A DNA stretch of 64,000 bases, taken from Felis catus (lineage: Eukaryota). The first letter of the stretch is position 1; each line of letters begins with the position of its first letter. The stretch lies in contig NC_058368.1 in the NCBI RefSeq assembly GCF_018350175.1, positions 183,708,001 through 183,772,000 on the forward strand, read 5' to 3'. The notes under the pieces were generated by a model. The model ran no database searches, had not been told where the DNA came from, and worked only from the letters and a program-made list of their open reading frames with translations. The position numbers were made by a program, and so were the translations under genes. This document shows positions 11,451 through 24,260 of this stretch, piece after piece.

Positions 11451-13299
11451 GGGAAAGAGTATAGATAGACATGTCTCAATTTCTGTTTATAGTATAAAAT
11501 TACTAATCCTTTTGAATTTTCAGGTAAATTCTAAGGTAATGTACTATGGTCATCACAATATATATAGTTAATAATCTCAGGAAAAATTTTAAGAATTTTT
11601 TTGTGGATAGGCAAACTTCTAAATCTTTCCATAGCTATTCAATCTTTGAAATACAAACACGATTTTATGAAAGTAAGTACCCATATTGGAATTCTGTCCA
11701 AATGTGTAGTGACTCAAAACACATTTTTAGTACTGGTGTGTTTATTTTTGTAAGTTAATCTTTTACTCCATTGTAGTCAGTAATTGATTAGATTGTATTA
11801 ACTCGGTCACAAGCTTTATCCTAAGAAACTGTCCTAATGGTACTTCTCATGAGGCAGAGTTCCCTTATGTTTGTTATTTAAGGTTTTTAGTTAAATTACT
11901 TATCCTAGATTTTTTACTAAGAACATCTGAATAAGAGTTGGAAGATATACTTTCTCCTCCTCTAGCTCACCTTTTTCTCTCTCATCAGATGATAGAGCAT
12001 GTTCCAACCCCAGGAGAGAAATATGGAAAATCCCAGGTTGGAATTTCATTCTAACATTAAAAAAAAAAAAGGTTTTAGAGTTCACTGATGAAGTTCATAG
12101 TAGACTTGAGCTTCAAAGAAAAATCAATCTTCCTTTTCCCATATATTTTACCTCCCCTTTCCCCTAACAGACTCTGCAATTTACCTATAAGATTATATTT
12201 GGGTCAATGTTACTCACACTTTTGAGATCACTAAAGGTTGTATCTTCTATTGGTGTTGCACAAATGGAAGGTAATAAGCCCTAGAACTTTACTCCATGCA
12301 ACTAAATCATTGCCTACACATGTCCACTCAGTGTTCCCCTCTGTGACATTTTCACCTTGAATGTACTTATGATATGGTGAGATTTTCATTATATAATAAA
12401 ACAACACATTTGATATGAATCATGATACATTTCATGCAATTCATAGCAGGTACCAGGTATCAGGTATGAAGGGGGAGAGAGAGAGCTAGCTTAAGAGAAA
12501 TAAATTTTATATACATACACATACATATATTGATGCTCATTTCAAGTCTATACCTCCATCCTATCAGAACTTTTCTGGGCTATAAAACAAAAGTTATGTA
12601 ATAATTTATATGATGTTTAAGTGAAGCTACATACACACATATTTACAAATAAAAATAAAAAATACTAAAAATATGTAACTATTACAGAACATTTCATTAA
12701 TAACTTTAATGGTATCAATTTTGAAAATTAATAGTTTAGGTATTTTAAAAGGAAAGGCTTCTGATAAAGTATAATAAGAAGAATGAAATGTTTTAAATGA
12801 AGGCAGTGGAAACATGGAGTGTTTTTAATTAAGTAATTACATTAGTGGTAGAAGACAAACTATTTGACTGAAGTAGCAGTGTTAAGCAACTTAATAGCAG
12901 GCTTTCTTGCCAAATCTGAAATATTTTTATCAGTCTACTTTCTTTTAAATAGTCGTCTTAAAGTCCTTCTTTCTTTGCTTCAGCGTTGTGCACTTCCCAG
13001 GCCACTTTCTTTTCTAGGTATACATCTCATCTCTCGAGATCCCTATCCTCCCCATCTCCACCCCACCTCTTTATTTTACTGAATTTTCTTTAATCCATTG
13101 GATTCCAACAGTCTTCCACAATCACTCTCTGGCCATCTTCCCTTTTCACATCAAATCTTCTTTGCTGTTACCACCTACCGATCACCTCCTCAATCAGAGT
13201 CTTCAACTCTCTCACTTTGCAAGTTTCGATGCAGAAAAAAAGTCTTGTCATCTACAGTAACTAACAGATCATCTATGTTTCAATTAATTTATTGAAATG

Positions 13300-13650
13300 T
13301 TTTCAGAGTTCATAATCCATATCAGATCAGTTAAGTATTGGTACCTATTCCCAACTTCTCTTTAGATTTTCTTAATCTCCTCAAGAATGAGACATTGTTT
13401 CTTACTCTCTTCCTCATTACGATTAGTACTTACCATTTGTTAACTCTGCCTTGAAATGCCATCCAGTTCTAATATAATCATAATACAGGCGTTCATCATC
13501 TCATTCCATATCACTATAATGGCCTATGAAGTAGATTTTCTGATTCACTTTATCTTTTCTATTCTAGCTTATGAGTTGCTAATCTATAAATATGTGTTTT
13601 TCTCTCATCATGAATTGATAGTGCTTCAAAGTATTTTCCAGTGTCAGGTC
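13300..13650 (+). mobile_element. L2 fragment
   Basis: Pyrimidine-rich; 'caggcgttcatcatctcattccatatcactataatggccta' L2-like. Confidence 0.45.
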
Positions 13651-14049
13651 ATAGGAACTTGACGGTCAGAGCCTATTCCAGGCATGATTAAGTATCAGGA
13701 TCAGGGTAAAATAGTTATCATGAGTCTGAGATCACTGTGTTAACCTCAAATGGACAGTCAAAACGGGAATCCAATTTTGAATATGTGGGCCAGTTTAGCA
13801 TTCAAATAATTAAGAGTATTATAGGGCACAGACTAACAATTAATTTTAGGGGCAATAATACATCCTTTTTACTGCTCCTTCCTTCTCACATGCATAAGTG
13901 TGTGTGGGCAGTTTTTCACTGTAACTCTTCTCCCTACTGCTGATCCAACTGAAACTTCCAAAGATAGCTCCCATGTATAAGTCTTTATTAAGCACATATA
14001 TTTGATTATTTACGAAACAGGACCAAACTGCTCTTTTCATTCACAATAG

Positions 14050-14150
14050 TTGTGATAAATGAACTGGAAACAGAGACATAAAGACAGAGAGGTGAAATTA
14101 TTTACCAAATATCTCAAAGTAGGTCAGTACAAACTAGATGTAAATCTCGG
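14050..14150 (-). mobile_element. MIR core fragment
   Basis: 'cagagaggtgaaattatttaccaaatatctcaaagtag' resembles the MIR core. Confidence 0.5.
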
Positions 14151-15066
14151 AGGAAAAAAAAAGGTATGGGGCAATGCATTTAACTTTTAAAAGATTAAGA
14201 GAGTATTAAAAGTCTCTCTCAGGGTAGAATTCCCAAACTTCAAAAGATTTCAGACAAATTTATAGTGATGGTTAACAAACTGTGTTCCAGGTAGCATTCC
14301 ATAGGTGCCAAGTAGGGCAAGGGTTCAGGTCATAGGGGAAAGGATGAGAAAGAACTCCAAACTCCCTAACCTATCCTCAAAATTTCTACACTTTTTATTT
14401 GTGCTACATGCTTAATTGAAGGAAAACGCATTCCATTTCTTTAAGAAGAAAAACTTAATAATTATTTCAATGCCTGGGAACATGGAAAAGTGGTTTCTGA
14501 ATACTACTGGAAATTATATGAGAAGTCTCTAAGATTTAGTTTAAATTCTAGATCTGAGGGGTTTATGTTACTGCATTCTCATAATGCCAATAAATTTACC
14601 CATTTTAAAAAAAAATGTAATCAAATGTCAGGCAGTATTTGAAGAAAGCACTTCATTTTTACCATAAAATTCCCAAACAGAATACCTGGCTCTGATTATC
14701 ACCATTCGCAATCAGTGAATATTGGCAAATGACCTTATATGAAGGGTACAAGATGACTTATTTATAAGACAAGAAAGCCTTTGAAAAGATTCTAATTATT
14801 TAACGACAAAATCAAAATATAACTTATGTGAAGTTTGACTTAAATGCACCCCCAAGCCAATTTCAGGAAAACGGGAATATCAAGCAAAGTTTATCTCCAT
14901 TGATCTCAGTTTAGGCTTTTATAATTCTCTCCTTTCCATGATGGGGACTTTGGTGAAGCAAAGGTCTTTGTGGTTCTTGTTTTTCATACTTGCCAACTAC
15001 CACGCCGAATCATCAAAATCTCTATTGTTTTGTATTGAAATCAATGTCTACAACAAAAGTATTATT

Positions 15067-15280
15067 GGGGCGCCTGTGTGGCTCAGTCGGTTGAGCGACC
15101 GACTTCAGCTCAGGTCACAATCTCACGGTTTGTGAGTTTGAGCCCCGCGTCGGGCACTGTGCTGACAGCTAGGAGCCTGGAGCCTGCTTCGGATTCTGTG
15201 TCTCCCTCTCTCTCTGCCCCTCCCCCGCTCACGCTCTGTCTCTCTCTGTCTCAGAAATCAATAAACATTAAAAAAAAAAA
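15067..15280 (+). mobile_element. Felid Can-SINE
   Basis: Full body with CpGs retained, A tail; perfect TSD aaaagtattatt at 15055-15066 and 15277-15288. Confidence 0.97.
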
Positions 15281-15386
15281 GTATTATTAAATAACTACAT
15301 AGTGAAGGGAAATACTGACCAGGGACATCTGCATTTTTAATAACAAAATTTATGCTACAGAAACAAAAGGTCTTGGGGTTTTTAAA

Positions 15387-15603
15387 TTTTTTTTTTCAAC
15401 GTTCATTTATTTTTTGGGGGGACAGAGAGAGACAGAGCACGAATGGGGGAGGGGCAGCGAGAGAGGGAGACACAGAATCGGAAACAGGCTCCAGTCTCTG
15501 AGCCATCAGCCCAGAGCCTGACACGGGGCTCGAACTCACAGATCGCGAGATCGTGACCTGGCTGAAGTCGGACGCTTAATCAACTGCGCCACCCAGGCGC
15601 CCC
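15387..15603 (-). mobile_element. Young felid Can-SINE (SINEC_Fc-like)
   Basis: Near consensus; perfect TSD ggggtttttaaa at 15375-15386 and 15604-15615. Confidence 0.97.
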
Positions 15604-15626
15604 GGGGTTTTTAAAGTTAAATGAGA

Positions 15627-15787
15627 GGGGTACCTGGGTGGCTGGTCGGGTAACTGTCCAGCTCTTGATTTCAGCTCAGGTCATGATCTCACAATTCCTG
15701 AGTTCCAGCCACGATTTGGACTCTGCACTAACAGTGCGGAAACTGCATGGGATTCTTTCTCCCTCTCTCTCTGCCCCTCTTCACATG

Positions 15788-15819
<32 letters not shown>

Positions 15820-15848
15820 GTAAATAAATAAATTTTAAAATAAATATA
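15627..15848 (+). mobile_element. Older Can-SINE
   Basis: Diverged body; TSD taaagttaaat(g/t)aga at 15612-15626 and 15849-15863. Confidence 0.94.
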
Positions 15849-15868
15849 TAAAGTTAAATTAGACTTCT

Positions 15869-16091
15869 TTTTTTTTAATTTTTTTTTTCAACGTTTATTT
15901 ATTTTTCGGACAGAGAGAGACAGAGCATGAACGGGGGAGGGGCAGAGAGAGAGGGAGACACAGAATCGGAAACAGGCTCCAGGCTCTGAGCCATCAGCCC
16001 AGAGCCCGACGCGGGGCTCGAACTCACGGACCGCGAGATCGTGACCTGGCTGAAGTCGGAGGCTCAACCGACTGCGCCACCCAGGCGCCCC
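15869..16091 (-). mobile_element. Very young felid Can-SINE (SINEC_Fc-like)
   Basis: Almost all CpGs intact; perfect TSD aaattagacttct at 15856-15868 and 16092-16104. Confidence 0.98.
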
Positions 16092-16277
16092 AAATTAGAC
16101 TTCTATAAAGCTGGGTACAAGACCATACAGAACGGTAAGGAGTGAGGAAAATAAAGTCTCTGCCACTTTTAACACACTAAATCAAACAAATCACATGTCA
16201 AGTTCAAATACACAGCTTGACTATACCCAACAAGAAATAAATGATTCTCACTGGCCCCCAATGTATCATGTTTCTTT

Positions 16278-16501
16278 TTTTTTTTTTTAATTTTTTTTTT
16301 CAACGTTTATTTATTTTTGGGACAGAGGGAGACAGAGCATGAACGGGGGAGGGGCAGAGAGAGAGGGAGACAGAATCGGAAACAGGCTCCAGGCTCTGAG
16401 CCATCAGCCCAGAGCCCGACGCGGGGCTCGAACCCATGGACTGCGAGATCGTGACCTGGCTGAAGTCGGACGCTTAACTGACTGCGCCACCCAGGCGCCC
16501 C
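16278..16501 (-). mobile_element. Young felid Can-SINE (SINEC_Fc-like)
   Basis: Near consensus, long T tail; perfect TSD tcatgtttcttt at 16266-16277 and 16502-16513. Confidence 0.97.
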
Positions 16502-16619
16502 TCATGTTTCTTTCAATAGAAAACACTTAGCTTATACTGCAAACGGTTCTAGGATATCCCTTAAAATAGCCCAAGCTGTAGTAATAATAATAATACCAAA
16601 AACAATAGCAACAATAGAT

Positions 16620-16845
16620 ATTGATGAGAATTTTTCTAAGAGTCTATCATGTGCCAGAATCTGTGTCAGATGATTTTTGTGCAATATCTCACTAAGTGCT
16701 TGTCAATAAACAGCCAATGACACAACACATTTTTATTAGTTCCCTTTTTAGGGACAAGGAAATGAGGTCCAGGGAAATCAGGTCTCAAGTTAGTGTATGA
16801 TAGAGGTAGCATTTAAACCTAGATCTCTTTGACCTCAAATTATTC
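16620..16845 (-). mobile_element. MIR
   Basis: 'ctatcatgtgccag...gacaaggaaatgaggtccaggga...gatagaggtagcatttaaacctagatct...tgacctcaaa'. Confidence 0.7.
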
Positions 16846-17000
16846 AGAAACTTGCTCTTCAGTCCAATCTCCCCTGATAGTTTCTTTGACAACTTTGAAT
16901 TGTATACCTTCTCTGAATTCCTGCATGTGTTCTGTCTCCAACAGTTAGTTACTAATCTGAATTTTAATCTCTCTCACACCTGTATCTGGTCTTCCCATAT

Positions 17001-17003
<3 letters not shown>

Positions 17004-17038
<35 letters not shown>
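17004..17038. repeat. Poly-T tract (35 nt)
   Basis: Uninterrupted homopolymer. Confidence 0.98.
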
Positions 17039-17041
<3 letters not shown>

Positions 17042-17149
17042 TCAGAAGGATAACATGCATATACGGACGGCAATGTGAAAACTTAACAGTTATTTTCAAA
17101 TATCATCTATTTTCTCTATTAAGAATAATTTCTAGCTTTTAATTTTAAC

Positions 17150-17800
17150 ATGTTAATCATAAGGATTTATGTTCATTTCTGTTTTGTGATTAAATTTAAT
17201 TCAATGATTAAAGTGTTTGTATATAAAACAGGATTTTTACATAATAATTTTCCTATTTCGGAGTTCTGCATTTCATTCATCTATTAGTTGTGCAGATGAT
17301 GCCTTAAGTAAGACATCAATCTGTTGAGTACTTTCATTATATTTTTTATCGTCTTTCCTCCTTTTACTCTAGTTTATTCTTCATGAATATCAACCATTTA
17401 TAAATTGGAATTTTACTCTTTTAATCTACTGACCTCTTTCTCACTATTTGTATCCTTTTTTCTCTCTTCAGTTTGAGAGAAGGTTCTCAGGTTTATCTTC
17501 CACAGTCTTTTTGATCAGACTTTCTGTAGTACAGTGTGCCTCCCATCCCCACACTTTTTAGTATTTGAGCAGAACAATTCATTTCCTAACATTCATTTTT
17601 GAAATATCCAATTTGTAAGTCATCTGGTATTTTTTTGCCAACTCTTTCTTTTGCTTTTGTAGTTAACAGTTATTTAAAAAAAAATTTGTCTCTTGAATGT
17701 TAATAGTGTTCATTTTTTGTTTTTGAAAAAATTCATAGCCTTGATGTTGTCATTATTTTCCTTTTTTAAAAAATATTTATTAATCACGAACATGAGGCCT
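17150..17800 (-). mobile_element. Ancient L1 (L1ME/HAL1-like) fragment
   Basis: Very T-rich; 'ttctcaggtttatcttccacagtc' resembles antisense old-L1 ORF1. Confidence 0.4.
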
Positions 17801-20599
17801 AGTTTTTCTGCTGAGAGAGAAGAAATGCTTCACTGCTACAGAGGGACTCCTCCAAAAATGTGTTCGGCTGCAGAGCTGTTTCATTATTCACAACATCGGT
17901 CTTAGGACCCAAGAGCCAGTGGAGACTCTGTTAGGTTCTCACATAGGGGCAGACCTACAGAGCAAAGTGTGGTCTCTGGATTTGACAAAACTGCTACATT
18001 ATTCTTCCTAGTTTTCTGTTTAACCTGGCATCAGTTCTACATAAATGGTTTCACTGGGTGGGACTCCCATTCTGGTGACACTACTCAGTGTCTCACAGAC
18101 AACCCTCACTATATCAAGGAGATGTTCCCAACCTCTTCATGTTTCCAGTAGCTATGTATGCTTTTGGGGCACTCATCCCAAACACTGTTCTAAAGTGCTT
18201 AAAGAACTTCTAAGGGGAGAATACACATCTATCCCAGTTTTTCCTAGGTTTTAGATTTTACACCACCAAGTTACTGAATACTTAGAGGGTTCTGTCAAGC
18301 TTCTAATGAAAGCTTGTCACAATCCCTTTTTGCCAATTATTTTGCCTTCATCTGTCCCTATTGGTATTATGCATGACAAACGTTTATATTTAGTGTATGA
18401 CATGCATCCCTCACAAAATTCTACAGCTAACATAGATTTTCTTCTTTATGTTCCTTTGATTGTTTTAGAAGGGTTTAGTAGAATGACTTAGGTTTTTATT
18501 TTACTCATAAATCACATGCTCATGGATTGAGGAGTACAGTAAAAGATCTCATAATCTGGATAAATTAAAGTTGGCATATTTCATTTAAGAAGTCTAATAC
18601 AAAGGGAAAAGATAATCCAATAGGCATACAGAGCATAAAAAGGGGGCTATTTAGAAAGAAGTGACATTTGGAGATTCTAGCAGGTAGGAAAACAAGTAAT
18701 TAGAATCGGAAAGTCTACAAGCAGGTAGCAGGGTTTTTGCCAGAAACAAATGTATGGGGTCAGGTTTCCAGACTGTGGAGTTGGGAAGGCTGAAGACTGG
18801 TAATATCTACACAAAAGTGGCTTGAAATTGGAATCTAGTTACCACGACTACAGGACACAGGTCACAACAAGTCGATTTTCCAGAAAAGAACTAAGAATGA
18901 CTTATTATAGAATTCTGATCTAAAGTACCTTAATTCTTTACAAGTAGGGTCATGATGACACTGACAGTTTAGGTAGGAAGACAGTTTGGGGAGAGGATTG
19001 ATACAGAGACAGACACTGATATTTTGCTATAATGTTAACTTCTGTGATACTGGAGTCCATGTGATAAGAAGCACAAACAACTCACAGGTTATAGTGAATA
19101 GTATGAATAGTATGCTTATAAAGAAATTGAACTTTTCTGGGCTTATCCAATACCTCATCTGTTATTTTTCAAACACTGTATTTCTTCTTATATATGATTT
19201 GTATTCTTTTAAAAAATGCAGTTCTTCATTTCCCAAATCTCTGCCGTTTGCTTTTAGCATCTATACAATACAAATTGAAATTGTCCTTAAACTATATTAA
19301 GAAAATGTTCTGTATCACATAAGTGAAATTGCGTGCGCTATTCAACATGAACATAAGAGTTTTTTTTTTCATGTATCAATATACAAATTTTAATGATAGG
19401 TCTACAAATCATTTTATTTTATTTGTATTTTTATTCATTTGGTAAGTACTTGTTTACTGTGTGATTGCCCAATTCCATGTTATGTACTGAAAGGGATGTG
19501 TTTTCTAGCCCCAAAAAGCAACATTATAGCATATACAGTATTTGAATTCACAACTATATATGAATAACTAATATTACATAAATCGACATGAGAAGATTGG
19601 CAATTTAATTATATAAATTTGTTTATATGCAAATAAGTATAAATAAAAAATAAAATATAACCTATTAATAACATTTTTCATGGAAGTTTATCTAGCTAAA
19701 ATTTCGTGTGGAAACAAAAACAACAGCATTGATTACCACAAAGGGAAAATTCTATAATTGGAAAAGAGAGAAATATATGTCCAACGCAATATATTCACCA
19801 GTAGTAATAAAAGCTTACTGACATTTTTACAGAAATTTCAAAGAAAGGACGGAAAGAATGGTTATGTTTATTTAACATTAATTCATTCATTCTATTCCCT
19901 AAAGATAAGAATCATAAACCCATCAAATATACTCATTCTATCATGATATTTTTTCTCAGAATAATACAGATTTTAATTTATAATTAGATACACTGAAGGC
20001 ATTAAAGTACATATTTTATAGATCATACATGGTAGCAATATGGACTAGACTTTAAATTGTTAAGAATTACTTATCAAAATAAAGTAAATGAAATAATTTT
20101 GAAGTAATTCTTTTCCAATTACATTTATTTTCCATTTTATTATTTTCAAAAAAAAAAAAAACATTACTGGATCTCTGGCACCCTGTTTTACAGACTTGAA
20201 TATATATGCAATGCAACAAAAGAGAATAATATTCCTAAAACTTAAATTTATTTCACCCAGTCATTCTTTTGATTAAGAATATTCAATGGCCTTTTCATTG
20301 CCTATTAAGCAAAGTAGAACCTGGGGCTGGTGGGCATTTAATCCTGATTATATAGACCTTAGAGGTCATCTTGTCTAAGAGCCTACTTAATGTATATATC
20401 ACCTCTGCATTTCAATAACACGAAGAGTGAAATCAGGGGAGGTAATTTGCATATGGATGGTTATCATGGCTCTAATCACACTGTGACAGGGACCCTTCCA
20501 AGGCTCTGTTTACATACAACCAGCTCTTGGTAGTTGAATGATGCCACTACACTATAACAGAAAGAATTAGAAGATTATGGAATGAGAGAAAACTCTACT

Positions 20600-21050
20600 G
20601 AAATCTTAGGTCTTAAACAGTTACATACTGACAGAGACTGGATATATGTATGCACGCTCAACTCTTTTTTTATGCTTTCTGTGTACACAGCCTGATTGAA
20701 TTTTTCAGCTTCTCTAGAAGTTACATGTGGCCATGAGACAGACTAATTTCAAATCAACCTAGGTGAGAATGATGTGCTCTGCTTTCAAGACTTAAAAACA
20801 CCCAAACATAATTTTCCATGTTTTTCGCCTTTCATTCATTGACAGAAGGCAAAGAACCTTCAGGCTGTAGAGAGAAAAGCTACACTATGATAAGTCTGAA
20901 TCTCTAGATTACAACGTAGGAAACTTCCTGACAGTTAAAAACATCATTTTTGAATTTTACTTACTTATAAATATGCTTGTGATTATATATTTAATTACAA
21001 ATAAATTATAATAACTGTTGTGTTTACCATGGAAGCTAGTGACCTTTTCA
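20600..21050 (+). mobile_element. Old MaLR (MLT1-type) solo LTR relic
   Basis: 'gttacatgtggccatgagac...gatgtgctctgctttcaagac...tgataagtctgaatctctagattacaacgtagg' resembles MLT1J-type LTRs. Confidence 0.5.
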
Positions 21051-21389
21051 TTAATGCAGTTGTGACATGTCAACATGATACCACCTATATATGGTTATTA
21101 TAACATTAAATAGTCTATGTATTGCTGAGAGTAAGCATAATAATGCTCTATTTCATGCTTTATATATCTCTTTACAGTTTGTTCCCAGAACTTCCTTCCT
21201 CCTGGACCAGGTTCAAGACTATGGTATGATATGAAGCAAGTTTACTAACCTTCCCATAATAAGACATTTCAAATCTTTTAAAAATTATCATGTTATTTTC
21301 TTCTTCTTTTCACAATGAATACTTTTAATTTCTCAACATTTTTTTGTATATTATTATGATTAGCCTGGAATTCTACCTTGAATATTCAT

Positions 21390-21800
21390 CTATAAAACAA
21401 GGATTAGTTGGGCATCAACTATGTGCTGTGTGCAATATTCTGTGAGCACCAGGGATACAGAGATAAACAAAACAGTGTAAATCAAAGTCTACTATAAAAG
21501 GCAATATAAATAGATATGATACTTACGTAACATGAGCTATAGTAAACATACATTTCAGTTTGTTATTATATCATAAATAATATAATTGTCCAGATATAGT
21601 CTGAAGATTGTAGGGTATGATCTAGCTATCATATCCTTTAGGGCATTATGTTTACAGTATTCACTCAGTCATCCAATAAATAAATACTCAATAACATCTT
21701 CCAAGTGACAGGCACTGGTATTATTTACAATAAATATATACTGTTAATGCCTTCATGGGGCTCATTGATTAATGTACTGAACAAATAAAACAACCTAAGG
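21390..21800 (-). mobile_element. L2 3' fragments
   Basis: 'actatgtgc...agcaccagggatacagagataaacaaaacag' and 'ttcactcagtcatccaataaata...tgacaggcactgg'. Confidence 0.55.
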
Positions 21801-22548
21801 AATGTCAATAGACTTTTGACAAATATTTTAATCCCTTGTTCTTTTCTCCCCCTTTACTATATCTCTTCTGGCCATAAAAAAATTCTCTAATATCTTCACA
21901 GTTTTATGTACCAAGAGCTCACAGAATCTATGAGATCTAGGTAGTCCAGTATTATTTTAATGTTATTAGCATTGCAATTCTCACCTACTAAGTAGAAGTT
22001 GTCTTATCAAGTGCTTGGACAGTAGGACACTGAGAATAAAAAGGAAAGACTTAGCTATAATCGATTGTTAATAGTTGACATGATATGGTGACAGCAAGAC
22101 AAAAGGAGTAAAAAATTATTCTGATTTTGAAGCATGAAAAATGTTATTATCATTAATACAAAGAGTAAAGTAGGTAAATAATTTGCATCTATGTGGCAAT
22201 GATGGCTTCAATATTTAGAAATTAAGGCTTCAGGGTCTGATTTGGACAACCGGAAGGGAACATTTAGAAGGCAGCTCCAAAAAATGGTTCTGAGACAAGG
22301 AAAATCTGATAACTGAAGTACTGAAGTGATATATCAAGAAAAACTATAGAAAGCAGAGATTAATATAGACAAATCATTTCATCCAAATAAGTGATTAAAT
22401 TTGGGAGAGTATTCAATCTTTTTAATTTTCTAACTTTGGGGGATATACATAGGGGTCCTGGATATAGAAGTATTTCTTTATCCAACCAGATGATGCATAC
22501 TGCAAAATTTAACTATATTGTTGTTAAATATTTAAGAATAAATTAAGT

Positions 22549-22950
22549 ATATCAGTCAGTGGTCAATCAGGAAAAAGAAGAAATTCTAGGTATTTCACAA
22601 AAATCATTTAATATAGGGTATTAAGTCCTACAAGACCATTCAATGCATTGTAGGAATGAAGCTCAGGGAGGGTCTTTATGAGCTCTGTAGTAACTGACAC
22701 CTAAGGTCATAGTTGTTTGTAGTAACAGGGCAAGAGGTCCACTGCAGAAAGCCACAGACTGAAGCAAATCTCTGTCTGCTGAAACCCACACATATGCCTT
22801 TTACTATCAATTCTTCCAAACCTTGTGTAAGTAATTCTCACTGGCAGAACCTATGCTGACAAAGGACTTGGGATCATTTTGGCTTTTAACCCCGAGGTTA
22901 CAGCAGAGAGGGCAGGAATGAAACTAAATGCCAATAGGAAATCTGGTACA
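22549..22950 (-). mobile_element. Ancient ERVL/MaLR-type solo LTR
   Basis: 'atcagtcagtggtcaatcaggaaa...ctaggtatttc...atttaatataggg' through 'ctggcagaaccta...ctggtaca'; subfamily not determined. Confidence 0.55.
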
Positions 22951-23245
22951 GTAACATTAGAATTTGTTGGTTATTGAAGGCTATGCTTCAAAGAAAATGT
23001 GTTTCAATATGATTGATTCTCCAAAGTTCAAGGTGAAGAACTCAATTTTACCTATTTACCCTTGTACTGATCAGGCTTGTGAAAGCCAACAGAAGAATCT
23101 TTAAAAGTTTAATTTTATAATGAGTTATTTAGTGAAATTATTAGGAAGGGAAATGTAATAAGAACAGGAATTTTTAGTGGTTATTAGTTTAATATGTTAC
23201 CTCCACTAGACTAGATGTTCCTTGTGGGAAGGGAGCTTCTCACTT

Positions 23246-23451
23246 AAAACAATTTTTTTTTAATGTTTATTCATTTTTTTTGAAAGAAACAGAGCATAAG
23301 CAGGGGAGGGTCAGAGAGAGGAGGACACAAAGAATCTAAAGCAGGCACCAGCTGTCAGCACAGAGCCTGATATGGAGCTCAAATTCACGAACCGTGAGAT
23401 CATGACGTGAGCCAAAGTCAATGCTTAACCAACTGAGCCACCCAGGTGCCT
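23246..23451 (-). mobile_element. Can-SINE
   Basis: Typical body; TSD ggagc(t/c)tctcactt at 23232-23245 and 23455-23468. Confidence 0.94.
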
Positions 23452-24004
23452 CATGGAGCCTCTCACTTTTGATCATAAGTTGACACAATCGAAAGGGAGA
23501 ATAAAAAGATGGCTATTAATTTATTCATTTTTTTTATCTTTGTGAAAGTCCTTTTCTTTCTCTGCAAATATTTCCTAATAGAAGTATTTAATAAATAATA
23601 ATATTTTAATAAATAAAATTTAAATGTATTTATAAATAAAAGTATTTCTTAATAAAAATAGGTTATTAATAATTGCATATACCAATAGTGAAATGGAAAC
23701 TCAAGGTCAATCTAATGATCCTAGAGGGGAGAATGTCTAAAGGGATTACTGAATCATCAAAGAAAAATGAATTTTTTTTATAGCTTTTAGGTATAGTATA
23801 TCATGTTTTATCATAAATTATTTGAAAAGCTAGGAACATTATATTCATTTACCAAACAACTTGTATCAGAAAGCTCAATTAAATTTAGAAATTTAATTGG
23901 AAACACTCAATTAAAATTCAATTTAAATTTCAGGAGCAGTGTCCATTAATAGGGGATCTATTAAATAAATTACATGCTGTAATATTTAGCCATTAAAATA
24001 AATA

Positions 24005-24260
24005 ATGTTAATAGCAATAAGAAACATCTACTGAGTGTTTACTTTGTGGGAAACAGTTTGCTAAGTGCCTTACTTGCATTAACTCAATGAGTAATTTATT
24101 AGGAATATTACTATTAAGTGTTAGCATATAAATTTTATTATAATAAAATCTATTAAAATAAAGATATTTCTGAAAAGAAAGAAACACCAAATAAGCTTCT
24201 TATGGAAAATCACATAACAGTAAGTAGGTAGTTTACAGCCATCTGATATGAATCCTGGGA
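24005..24260 (-). mobile_element. MIR relic
   Basis: 'acatctactgagtgtttactttgtg...gctaagtgccttacttgcattaactca'. Confidence 0.55.
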
